In this document: in pieces, positions 35,625 to 43,157 of the stretch
How positions within the stretch are numbered: the first letter of the stretch is position 1
How the letters are laid out: each line of letters starts with the position of its first letter
Virus record (IMG/VR): IMGVR_UViG_3300033076_000514
Span: 1-43,157 of that record
Length of the DNA stretch: 43,157 nt
DNA from: a virus
Lineage: Duplodnaviria; Caudoviricetes
Strand: one strand, 5' to 3'
The notes under the pieces: generated by a model
The model's input: the letters and a program-made list of their open reading frames with translations, nothing else
Database searches by the model: none
Told to the model about the DNA's origin: nothing
Translations under genes and position numbers: made by a program

Positions 35625-36175
35625 TATCTACTCCGCATTGCTGGATTATTGTCCCAGAGATTATTGCGTCTAGACAAATCCATATCCTTCTCACGATCGG
35701 GTTCGTCCATTAGCACTCTAGCTGTTTCTGCGGCTGCTACTCGCTTACGTAAACTTGAGCTAGAGAATGAATGATCTCTGCCGTTGAACACCAATTCAAT
35801 ACCGCGTTGGTGACATTCCCACTTACCTGAGAATTCTTTGTCCTGATATTCTACTCCAAGGATTCTGACGTCAACCGGTAGAATAAGTAAGAGATCAACC
35901 AGATCCTGCTCCGTTGAATAAACCACAACTTCATCCACGTAACGGCAAGCCGCCAATTGAATCTGTCTTTCCACAATGCTCTGTACCGGCTTGTTTTTAG
36001 TATCTGGGCGATCGATGGTAGGGTCGGTTTGTAAACCACAGATAAGATAATCGCAGTGGTTTTTAGCTTCGGAGAGCATAGCCACGTGACCAGCATGTAG
36101 CATGTCGAAAGTTGAGAACGTAATCCCAATGCGTTTACCTTCTGCTTTGAGCTTTTTAATATGATTGAAAATCAT
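35624..36175 (-). CDS. Glycerol-3-phosphate cytidylyltransferase-like (TagD-like)
   Basis: STFDMLHAGH, DYLICGL, RYVDEV, RDHSFSSSSLR. Confidence 0.87.
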   Translation of the reverse strand: MIFNHIKKLKAEGKRIGITFSTFDMLHAGHVAMLSEAKNHCDYLICGLQTDPTIDRPDTKNKPVQSIVERQIQLAACRYVDEVVVYSTEQDLVDLLLILPVDVRILGVEYQDKEFSGKWECHQRGIELVFNGRDHSFSSSSLRKRVAAAETARVLMDEPDREKDMDLSRRNNLWDNNPAMRSR

Positions 36176-36381
36176 AGTGAAAAATCATTTAACACAGTTT
36201 TGAGATTGGCGAGATCAGCGGGGTCAAGACAAATATCAAATTTCACACGCTCATCTTGGGGATCTTTAGACCCGTCAAATGTTGTAGTAATACGCAGGTA
36301 GGTCATACCAGCCACTGCCTCCACGGGCTTGATTTCCAAGAATGTATGCAAGCCGCCGGTGTTACTGATTAGTTTTTTCAT
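36172..36381 (-). CDS. Hypothetical protein
   Basis: 69 aa, coupled. Confidence 0.6.
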   Translation of the reverse strand: MKKLISNTGGLHTFLEIKPVEAVAGMTYLRITTTFDGSKDPQDERVKFDICLDPADLANLKTVLNDFSL

Positions 36382-36610
36382 TGAGTCTTTTCCACACTAG
36401 TTGTTGTTCAAGTTCATTAATAAACTCTTCTTCTCCTGCAAATTTTGGTGCAGTCCTTAAGAGTTCGTCGAGTTGATATTTTACTTTAAGTAAATCTTGT
36501 TTGCAATACCAAGAGGTAAAACCGTCGTTGTAATGGCTATGGACTTGTGCCGAACAGGCGTTGATTTGACGTTGAATATCATCAACGTCCCATCGTTTGA
36601 TAAAACCCAT
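36362..36610 (-). CDS. Hypothetical protein
   Basis: 82 aa, in operon. Confidence 0.6.
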   Translation of the reverse strand: MGFIKRWDVDDIQRQINACSAQVHSHYNDGFTSWYCKQDLLKVKYQLDELLRTAPKFAGEEEFINELEQQLVWKRLNEKTNQ

Positions 36611-36988
36611 TTATTTTCCTGATACAGCTTCAGAAATGGTGTCGTCGTGTCCGGGTTCTTCGTCCGACACTAACAAAATGTCTTTGTGGTCAATTCTACG
36701 GATAATATGTTTGCCAGTTTCGTCTTCAATGTTGACACCGCGGGTCCAACGCCCGTGTGCTACGCAGATCCATTGTCCTTCTTGAACTTCTGTTTGTTCA
36801 GGACCTACTGCATACACTCGTCCCCAGCGCGGGCGGATACCGTCACTCTTACCATTGTCGTTTAATAGAATGATACCCGAACTCAGTGTTCGACCTTCAA
36901 AGTTCATGTCTGAGGCAATTACCCAATCTCTCAAAGGTTTGAATTGACTCTTTTTAAAACGGTGTGGTTCAAATGCAAGTTTCGACAT
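36611..36988 (-). CDS. groES: GroES-like co-chaperonin
   Basis: KPLRDWV, SSGIIL, GRVYAVGP, DILLV. Confidence 0.85.
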   Translation of the reverse strand: MSKLAFEPHRFKKSQFKPLRDWVIASDMNFEGRTLSSGIILLNDNGKSDGIRPRWGRVYAVGPEQTEVQEGQWICVAHGRWTRGVNIEDETGKHIIRRIDHKDILLVSDEEPGHDDTISEAVSGK

Positions 36989-36989
36989 T

Positions 36990-37427
36990 TTATAGCTTTC
37001 TTACTCCAGCTGCTCGAGCAGCTTCTCTAGGGGTTGGTAATTTGGTTTGCTGAACAGTTTTGGCCTTGGCAATAGCCGCTGCTAAGCCACCTTGTAATTC
37101 TGGACTGGTGTTTTCAGAGTCTTGTGGATCTTCGGGTAAATCGGAAAATGAATCGGTGGGATCCACTGGCATTTCGGCTAGTTCTTGGTTGCGTCGAAGT
37201 GCAGCATTACTGGTGGTAGGTGCAATGCTTTGAGCATTGACTTGTTTTTGATATTGCCTGCTGACTTGTCGAGTCTTTTGATCAATAACCTGGTTATTGC
37301 TGTCCAGTTTGTCTCCTCGGGCGTTGACATTCATATTTCCCACTGCTCGAACTTGTTCGTTTTGAAGCATAAGGGCTCCCATGTCCACCGTCTTGCCCAT
37401 AGCAGTTCGGTATTGTTTAGTTGTCAT
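36990..37427 (-). CDS. Hypothetical phage protein
   Basis: YRTAMGKTVDM...AVGNMNVNARGD; AGGAG SD; TAAATA at 37450-37455. Confidence 0.75.
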   Translation of the reverse strand: MTTKQYRTAMGKTVDMGALMLQNEQVRAVGNMNVNARGDKLDSNNQVIDQKTRQVSRQYQKQVNAQSIAPTTSNAALRRNQELAEMPVDPTDSFSDLPEDPQDSENTSPELQGGLAAAIAKAKTVQQTKLPTPREAARAAGVRKL

Positions 37428-37452
37428 AGATATCTCCTGTTGTTATAGGTAT

Positions 37453-37974
37453 TTAACGCAAGAACTCATGTGGGTCTAAATCATAGAACATAGAATTGAT
37501 TCTATGAACCCCCAACAAATAAAGCACATAACTTGCCACACTGGATCCGCGTCCTACACCCCAAATAACATGATTTTCTTTTAGCACATCAACAAGATAA
37601 TGTAGATAACGTAACAAGTCAAACAAGTCTCGTTCTTGGTATAACAGTAATTCTTCGCCTACTCGCTGTAGTTCTGCGTCTGTGCCACAAAGGTTTAGCA
37701 CGTATGCGGCAATGTCTAAATCTTTGTATTCTTGAGGCATGTGCCAGTTTCGTTGTTTCATTGAGTCCCAGGCTGGCACACTCATATCACTAAAGTCAGG
37801 GAATGTCCATTCAACCAACTGGCCTGGGTCGTCAACTATGCTTATAATTCTTTCAAGATCTACAGTTTGATCAACTATGACTCTTTTCATTTCGGTAAGA
37901 TTTCGGCCTTGCATGACCAAGTTACAAAGGTCTTCTTCGTTGAAGATCATTTCACCATTAGTGTTTTGTCTCAT
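37453..37974 (-). CDS. dnaE: DNA polymerase III alpha (DnaE) stand-alone fragment
   Basis: WGVGRGSSVASYVLYLLGVHRINSMFYDLDPHEFLR matches DnaE GPGRGSxAGSLVAY...DPLxxDLLFERFL. Confidence 0.85.
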   Translation of the reverse strand: MRQNTNGEMIFNEEDLCNLVMQGRNLTEMKRVIVDQTVDLERIISIVDDPGQLVEWTFPDFSDMSVPAWDSMKQRNWHMPQEYKDLDIAAYVLNLCGTDAELQRVGEELLLYQERDLFDLLRYLHYLVDVLKENHVIWGVGRGSSVASYVLYLLGVHRINSMFYDLDPHEFLR

Positions 37975-38584
37975 TGTTGCTTTGGTTAAAGTTAGCAAAT
38001 ACCACTTGACCTAGATCTTGTGTTACTTCGGCTTGTGACCAAGCCAGTTCTTGATCTCCCCATTCGTCGTCAGCATTAATAACAACAACATTGTCGCTTT
38101 CTTCGTCGTCATCTTCTTCAAGTTCTACATCACTGTGACGCAAGGTAGGTTCGCGCCACCAACCTGATTCTGGAAATAAATCTGTATGTTCATTTTCGTT
38201 GTGAAAATATTCAATGCTGTCACCGGCCTCCGAACTAAATCTAATCTCGGTTATTTTCATACGACCTTCCATGATAGCATTGAGTTTGTAGAATAACATA
38301 ATGCCTACCACTTGGTCAACTGGCTCTTCGGGTAGAGTTGTAACATTTAATCCTATATCAGTAAAAATTTCAGCACGTTCTACATCAGTTTGATTGATAA
38401 AGATTGTGCTGTGCAGTTCATTTAGTAAAAAGTATTTGACTCTTTCCAAAGCAATATTTTGATCTTGTGGGTCCATGGTCTGAGTCAATAACTTAAGAGC
38501 CAATGTATAATTGGTCATCATTAACTCACCGTCGAACCAAGCACCTGCTGGAAAAGTAATGTTGTAGCGAAGTCTAACGTTCAT
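37958..38584 (-). CDS. Hypothetical protein, possible degenerate QueD/PTPS T-fold
   Basis: Spacing of F.AG, NY.L.L, LK/VK...LH...IN, P....L..KL resembles QueD without its His ligands. Confidence 0.6.
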   Translation of the reverse strand: MNVRLRYNITFPAGAWFDGELMMTNYTLALKLLTQTMDPQDQNIALERVKYFLLNELHSTIFINQTDVERAEIFTDIGLNVTTLPEEPVDQVVGIMLFYKLNAIMEGRMKITEIRFSSEAGDSIEYFHNENEHTDLFPESGWWREPTLRHSDVELEEDDDEESDNVVVINADDEWGDQELAWSQAEVTQDLGQVVFANFNQSNNETKH

Positions 38585-38823
38585 TGTATATCAATCTTGT
38601 CATCGAGATTTTTACCAAGATCCTTGTTGGCAGCTTGATACATCTCTTGCAGTCGTTGGGAATGTTTTACTTGATAGCTTTCGATAGCCATCCTAATTTG
38701 ATTGCACAAATGGCCATTGCCCATACTTTGGGCAATTCGTAGTTTGTTGTTGAGTTCTGTGATTTTAGCACCCAACTCATCAATCTTAAGACTGTCTAAG
38801 TTGGGGATCAGTGGATGTTCCAT
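38581..38823 (-). CDS. Small coiled-coil protein
   Basis: MEHPLIPNLDSL...KIDIQ; first gene after a sigma70-type promoter. Confidence 0.72.
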   Translation of the reverse strand: MEHPLIPNLDSLKIDELGAKITELNNKLRIAQSMGNGHLCNQIRMAIESYQVKHSQRLQEMYQAANKDLGKNLDDKIDIQ

Positions 38824-38829
38824 GTGTGT

Positions 38830-38858
38830 ATTTTACAGCATGGTTCGGCGTCTGTCAA
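38830..38858 (-). promoter_or_regulatory. Sigma70-type promoter, probably leaderless
   Basis: TTGACA-17 nt-TAAAAT, ATG 6 nt downstream, no SD. Confidence 0.75.
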
Positions 38859-38862
38859 TTAG

Positions 38863-39747
38863 TTAGGCAAACGCACACCCGTTGTTGCCGATACAGAACC
38901 ATTTTGAGTTGATGTATTGCAAAGTGCAAGCATCGCCAATGTCATTAAATGTAATAGTTCCGGTGCCACTTGACTTCCAACCTGCGTTGGTCACAGTGAT
39001 AACCATGTCACCAGAATCAGCATACATAGCAAAGGTTTTGATTTGTCCGTTTACCCCTGCTGCCAAAGTTCCTGTCTCGGCAGAACCAGTTGAAAAATAA
39101 CTTGTAGTCAAAGCTAAATTAGCAGCAGCGCCGTTGGCCAAGTCTTCGGAACTGTTGTTGAATGGGGCAAGTTCTTTGTTAGATTCGACAATGGTAATTG
39201 TGGATCCACCGTCGCTGGTAATAAATTGGAACAAATAAGTTCCTACAGCAGCAAAAGTAATTACGTTGGTCGAAGTATTAATCCCTTGAATGCCTTGTGT
39301 GTTGACACTAACTGCCGCAGGCAATGTCAGCGTATGGGCTGTGCTAGTCACTGAGATTTGAACAAATACGATGCCAGTGACTCCGCTGGGTGGAAAATTG
39401 CTGAAACTCAAACTTACGCTGCCACCTGTGGTCAAAGTTTGAAAATGTCCAAACGAATAGTCAATGGCCTGACTGCCACTAGTGGTTCCTAAACTAACAC
39501 GATACAGTCCAAAGTCAGAAACTACACCATTGCTTATTGCACTTCCTAACATGTCGTTGTCTAAAGTTGTTCCGGTGAGCGCAGACTTGAGCAACACATT
39601 GTTTTGTAAGTCAGTGATTTCGTCAGCAGCATACTGAAAGTTGGTTTTGGTGTTGGTAAAATTGTCACGAAAACCTTGTGAGTTGTTGTCTTGACCGGCA
39701 ACTGGGTATGTGCCATCAATATTGTTTGGGTTAATGTTACTTGTCAT
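38863..39747 (-). CDS. Virion structural protein (tail/baseplate-associated)
   Basis: YPVAGQDNNSQGFRDNF N-terminus, T/S/G-rich beta regions; in the structural operon. Confidence 0.7.
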   Translation of the reverse strand: MTSNINPNNIDGTYPVAGQDNNSQGFRDNFTNTKTNFQYAADEITDLQNNVLLKSALTGTTLDNDMLGSAISNGVVSDFGLYRVSLGTTSGSQAIDYSFGHFQTLTTGGSVSLSFSNFPPSGVTGIVFVQISVTSTAHTLTLPAAVSVNTQGIQGINTSTNVITFAAVGTYLFQFITSDGGSTITIVESNKELAPFNNSSEDLANGAAANLALTTSYFSTGSAETGTLAAGVNGQIKTFAMYADSGDMVITVTNAGWKSSGTGTITFNDIGDACTLQYINSKWFCIGNNGCAFA

Positions 39748-39750
39748 GGT

Positions 39751-42330
39751 TTATCCTAAAATTGTCCTATATGGAAATACAAGGTATTTATCGTAGGCCT
39801 GAGTGTTCGAATACATATCTACAGGCGCAATAAAACGCAGGCTATCGTGATCAAACACAGTTTGTTCTGTGCTCAAATCAAAGTATGTTTCTGCTGGTGT
39901 AGGAACCCACATACCGCCGGGACTGGTGCTGTCCCCAATTGGATCCCAGTTTTTGCTGAGCAATCTATCTAACTCATAGCGGTCCACTTCAAAATCCACA
40001 AGATTCAACTGCTCACCAAATTTTGTGCGTATATAATAGGCCAGTTGATCTCCTTTGCCTGGTTTGGCATAGGCTAATACACAAGCAGGAGTAAAACCCA
40101 AAACACGACCATTGGCTTGTTTTGAAGTCATCCACAATGGCAATATATTCGCTACTTGCCCCACGGTGTCAATCACTTGATCTCTCATGTTAGGCAAACT
40201 GTTAGGATAAACTGTGCTAATTTCTGTTGAGTCTGCAGAGTTTATCGGGTAAGGCAGCGTCACAGATTTGCTTACACTTTGACCTTGTGCATTTACTAAA
40301 TTGTCAATGACTTGTGTATATACTACTTCATATATTACTTCGCCTAGAGAATTTCTAGCTTGTGCAACTTTGATTTCGCCCAACGTGAGATTTTTCCAAT
40401 AGTGATTTTCATACAAGCTGCTGACATAATCAGCATAGGTAGTAGAAGTTAGCCCAAATGCATGGTTATAAACAATTTTTGTTGCTCTTCCAAAATTTGG
40501 ATCAGTGGGTCTATACAACAAGTCTGGTTGAAATATGTCAGCATTTTGCAATAAACTTTGAATCAATGCTCGGTCATTTATCGGTGGCATGGCTTCGATA
40601 TACAAGTTTGTATAAGGCTCGTTGTATGCTCGACGAACAGTTACACTAAATTGTTTAGTGACATTGATCACTCCGTCTGTGCTGAATGCACGCACTGTGA
40701 ATGTGTGCTTCATGTCAAACGTTGTTTCGGTGTTTTGTCCAGTGATGGCCAAATCATTCATAGTAACATCAAACGTTGTTGTTCCAAGGTCCAATGCAAA
40801 TGTGTTAAAACTAACTCGACCGGCAATGTCTCCTGATGGTAATAGTTCTAGCCCTTGCGGCAGCGTTGAATCACTGCCACTTAACAATTCATACTGAATA
40901 GGGATTCCTGCAACATTCACAGCTTCAACATACAATGTGCTGGTAGCACCGTTGTCGATAGTGCCTAAATCAACTGGAACAATCCATTCTATCGCAGTTT
41001 CAATGGTTCCAATGATAGTCAAGCTATATTGATATTCGTTATAACTCAATGGGTCGATATCTTTGCTGATTCTCACACCAAAGTTATAGGTATTCTGGAC
41101 CAGACCAAGGTTGGGAATGTAACCATACAACCAACCGGAATTTTGATCTAGTATAAGTCCCGGAATACCTGCACTGTCACCTGCATCAAACATTAGTTCG
41201 AAATCAACTTGATCGCCATCTAGGTCCAGGCCCACAAACTGGTATGCAAACCAGTTGTCATTTCGTGTTGTGCCAATACTGCCTTCGGGATTGATAATAA
41301 TCGGCGGCCTAACTGGTGTAACATCGGCAGTGACAAATGTGTTATCTGCTGTGATGTCTGTTGTGTCTGCGGTAAGACTGTTTTTGCTATAAACATAGAT
41401 GCTAAAAGTTCTAAGTTGACTGTAAACTCCGTCAGTTAATTCTAGTATAAACTCATAATTGGAATTCACGCTCAAGGTTCCAAAGTCATAGCTATACTCA
41501 TCATAGCCCTGACCATCTCTACTGAATCCAGCTGTGGCATCGGTTGGGCTAAGTGGTGTAATAAACCCAGAGATCAATCCGGATGATGATATCGAAAGCC
41601 CAGCTGGTAAACTGCCAGCTATTAATCGAACACTAACAACAGCACCTGGGTCAACGTCTGTGTATTGAATCTGTAAATCTGTAACTAGTGAGCCATCATA
41701 ATATTGTGCAATTTGCCCAGCTGGAGTTATGAATTGCGGCGGATTAGGGCCGGTAACAGTTAAACTAAATGTCCTGTCTCTAATTTGATCTACTACATAA
41801 CTTCCGTTGATGTAGTTTGTGGTGTATGCTCGAACAGTGAATTTGCTGGTAACGTCCACGGCCACAGGAGTTGGCACACCTTGAATACTGGCCACAGCCT
41901 TGGGGGTTCCGATTATCAGTCCGTTGTCAGATACTTGAATTCCCGATGGTAACTGTCCTGCCTGCAGATTAAACAAAACGTGCTGTTTAAATTCTCCAGT
42001 CATTGTGCCAGTTGCTGTGGTCAATGCTATAGGGGTGGTAGTTCTTTCTGTTGCAGTGATAGAAAATTCTGTGCTGTTGTAAACATCGAGCACAAAATAT
42101 CGAACAGTAGAACTTATACCTCCAAACACTGTGCCCAAAAACATCACGTTTAAGCCTGGGTAAATGTTGGCTGTGCTACTACAGGTAATTCTATTTGTGG
42201 CAGAACTGGTGGCCGTGCAGGTCACTGTGGCCACAACATCAGTGTCAGCCAACATGGCCAGCTGATAAAATATCCCTTCGGGAATACTACCTAAACTTCC
42301 GGCTGGGGTTATCCACTGTGGTTGCGACAT
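39751..42330 (-). CDS. Ig-like/cadherin-like repeat virion protein (baseplate wedge-like)
   Basis: Repeated P.W/FITPAG.L/IG and LPxGLxL...GxIxG units; C-terminal DKYLVFP. Confidence 0.75.
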   Translation of the reverse strand: MSQPQWITPAGSLGSIPEGIFYQLAMLADTDVVATVTCTATSSATNRITCSSTANIYPGLNVMFLGTVFGGISSTVRYFVLDVYNSTEFSITATERTTTPIALTTATGTMTGEFKQHVLFNLQAGQLPSGIQVSDNGLIIGTPKAVASIQGVPTPVAVDVTSKFTVRAYTTNYINGSYVVDQIRDRTFSLTVTGPNPPQFITPAGQIAQYYDGSLVTDLQIQYTDVDPGAVVSVRLIAGSLPAGLSISSSGLISGFITPLSPTDATAGFSRDGQGYDEYSYDFGTLSVNSNYEFILELTDGVYSQLRTFSIYVYSKNSLTADTTDITADNTFVTADVTPVRPPIIINPEGSIGTTRNDNWFAYQFVGLDLDGDQVDFELMFDAGDSAGIPGLILDQNSGWLYGYIPNLGLVQNTYNFGVRISKDIDPLSYNEYQYSLTIIGTIETAIEWIVPVDLGTIDNGATSTLYVEAVNVAGIPIQYELLSGSDSTLPQGLELLPSGDIAGRVSFNTFALDLGTTTFDVTMNDLAITGQNTETTFDMKHTFTVRAFSTDGVINVTKQFSVTVRRAYNEPYTNLYIEAMPPINDRALIQSLLQNADIFQPDLLYRPTDPNFGRATKIVYNHAFGLTSTTYADYVSSLYENHYWKNLTLGEIKVAQARNSLGEVIYEVVYTQVIDNLVNAQGQSVSKSVTLPYPINSADSTEISTVYPNSLPNMRDQVIDTVGQVANILPLWMTSKQANGRVLGFTPACVLAYAKPGKGDQLAYYIRTKFGEQLNLVDFEVDRYELDRLLSKNWDPIGDSTSPGGMWVPTPAETYFDLSTEQTVFDHDSLRFIAPVDMYSNTQAYDKYLVFPYRTILG

Positions 42331-42335
42331 AATGA

Positions 42336-42602
42336 TTACCAGGGTGCAGTGTCAAACGCCACACGTTTCCAAATTTCACTCGAAGAATCATAGTCTGCTA
42401 TGCAAACGTAAAGATAGCTGGTGTCGTATGCAATCATACCAGCAGCGTCGCCGACAGTTCCTGCTGGGGTCAGCGGTGGCGAATCTTGAACTCTACTGTA
42501 GAGTTCAGCAAAATTATTGTTGCACTTGATGTAAGCAGTGCGAATTGCATCACCTTGCCCGTCGTTGGGCGTAGTTCCTACATTTATTACTTGTAATGCC
42601 AT
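42336..42602 (-). CDS. Small baseplate protein with T4 gp9/gp10-like N-terminus
   Basis: INVGTTPNDGQGDAIRTAYIKCNNNFAELY. Confidence 0.75.
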   Translation of the reverse strand: MALQVINVGTTPNDGQGDAIRTAYIKCNNNFAELYSRVQDSPPLTPAGTVGDAAGMIAYDTSYLYVCIADYDSSSEIWKRVAFDTAPW

Positions 42603-42604
42603 TA

Positions 42605-42640
42605 TTGAGTCCTCTGGAATGTATTTACCAGAAAACTCAA
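42605..42640 (-). promoter_or_regulatory. 13 bp SD-sequestering hairpin with TAAATA late promoter in the loop
   Basis: UUGAGUUUUCUGG-UAAAUACAUU-CCAGAGGACUCAA-UA-AUG. Confidence 0.8.
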
Positions 42641-42655
42641 AGGGTTAAATGTGGA

Positions 42656-42979
42656 TCATTGAATAGCAAAGCTAGAACCGCAGCCACAGGTAGTGGTTGC
42701 GTTGGGGTTGTCTATTGTAAAATTAGACCCCATTAAATCTTCTTTGTATTTGATAACAGCACCTTGAAGATATTGAAAACTCAATGAATCTACTAGAATT
42801 TTAACATCGTCGTAGACTTGTTCAAAATCATCGTCGTTTTGATCTTGGTCCAGGGTGAATCCATAGCTGAAGCCAGCACAGCCTCCGCCTTGCACAAATA
42901 CACGCAGTTTGAGATCGGGGTTGTTTTCTTCGGCCAAAATATCTCGGATTTTGACCACAGCAGATTCGTCCAGTGTCAT
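42656..42979 (-). CDS. erpA: A-type Fe-S cluster carrier (ErpA/IscA/HesB)
   Basis: [15 protein letters not shown] and [14 protein letters not shown]; start MTLDES by ATGA coupling. Confidence 0.92.
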   Translation of the reverse strand: MTLDESAVVKIRDILAEENNPDLKLRVFVQGGGCAGFSYGFTLDQDQNDDDFEQVYDDVKILVDSLSFQYLQGAVIKYKEDLMGSNFTIDNPNATTTCGCGSSFAIQ

Positions 42980-43157
42980 AGTCTTTCGTTGCAAACGTCC
43001 CAGTCAATGATTTTCCAAATGTTATCTAAATATTTTTCTTTGTCGCTTTGATAGTCTAGGGCCCACGCATGTTCCCACCAATCAACCAAAACCGCTATAT
43101 CTGTGCGGACCTGGTGATTTGGGATTGTTTTGATCGCCCCACTTGTGCTCAAGTAAA
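42976..43157 (-). CDS. Fe/Mn superoxide dismutase, C-terminal part (5' end outside window; missing from ORF track)
   Basis: Translates ...[38 protein letters not shown]; DxWEHA signature. Confidence 0.88.
   Translation of the reverse strand, partial: YLSTSGAIKTIPNHQVRTDIAVLVDWWEHAWALDYQSDKEKYLDNIWKIIDWDVCNERL

Noticed and set aside
37428-37455. Possible SD-masking hairpin before the gene at 37427
   Set aside because: Only about 3-4 bp of pairing, too weak to call
36990-37460. Frameshift, read-through or split intein continuing dnaE
   Set aside because: The downstream gene has its own promoter and SD and shows no DnaE or intein motif
262-43051. Many plus-strand and off-frame ORFs in the track (e.g. 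6656-7504, 1942-2388, 25385-25819)
   Set aside because: They are shadows of well-supported genes and lack motifs; only 25917, 29137 and 29888 look real on the plus strand
1-43157. CRISPR array, tRNA, rRNA, IS or integrase
   Set aside because: No spaced direct repeats, cloverleaf or transposase motifs seen; intergenic gaps are almost all under 100 nt
1-43157. Alternative genetic code, as in some large phages
   Set aside because: Standard-code ORFs tile the window and conserved proteins (ClpA, PhoH, clamp loader) are uninterrupted

Overview
A 43 kb, densely coded, mostly minus-strand segment of a large lytic dsDNA phage with T4-like features: TAAATA late promoters, a cUUCGg terminator, a gp44/RFC-type clamp loader, GroES, PhoH and baseplate-like genes. 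A Gram-negative host is indicated by two-component spanins, and a Bug/TctC protein suggests Betaproteobacteria (inference). From left to right it carries: (1) about 10 kb of modular proteins that begin with a T4 capsid-targeting-like peptide and whose domains (GNAT, Nudix, ADP-ribosyltransferase-like, Pol-beta nucleotidyltransferase, zincin, amidoligase, many small basic Cys-rich modules) are separated by [ILV]-x-E motifs resembling prohead-protease sites; (2) glycosyl/nucleotidyltransferases, ClpA and DnaJ; (3) a lysis region (holin-like, spanins, GH19 endolysin) interrupted by an amidinotransferase; (4) a putative sulfation operon (APS kinase fused to an HxGH nucleotidyltransferase, two sulfotransferase-fold proteins, a 2OG-Fe(II)-like oxygenase, TctC, and a divergent ACP-like methyltransferase); (5) PhoH, HAD, radical SAM, clamp loader, TagD-like, GroES and a stand-alone DnaE fragment; (6) structural genes, an A-type Fe-S carrier and the 3' end of a SOD. 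The best candidate for an undescribed system is the set of capsid-packaged, protease-processed effector polyproteins. All family calls are motif recognition by eye; no searches were run.
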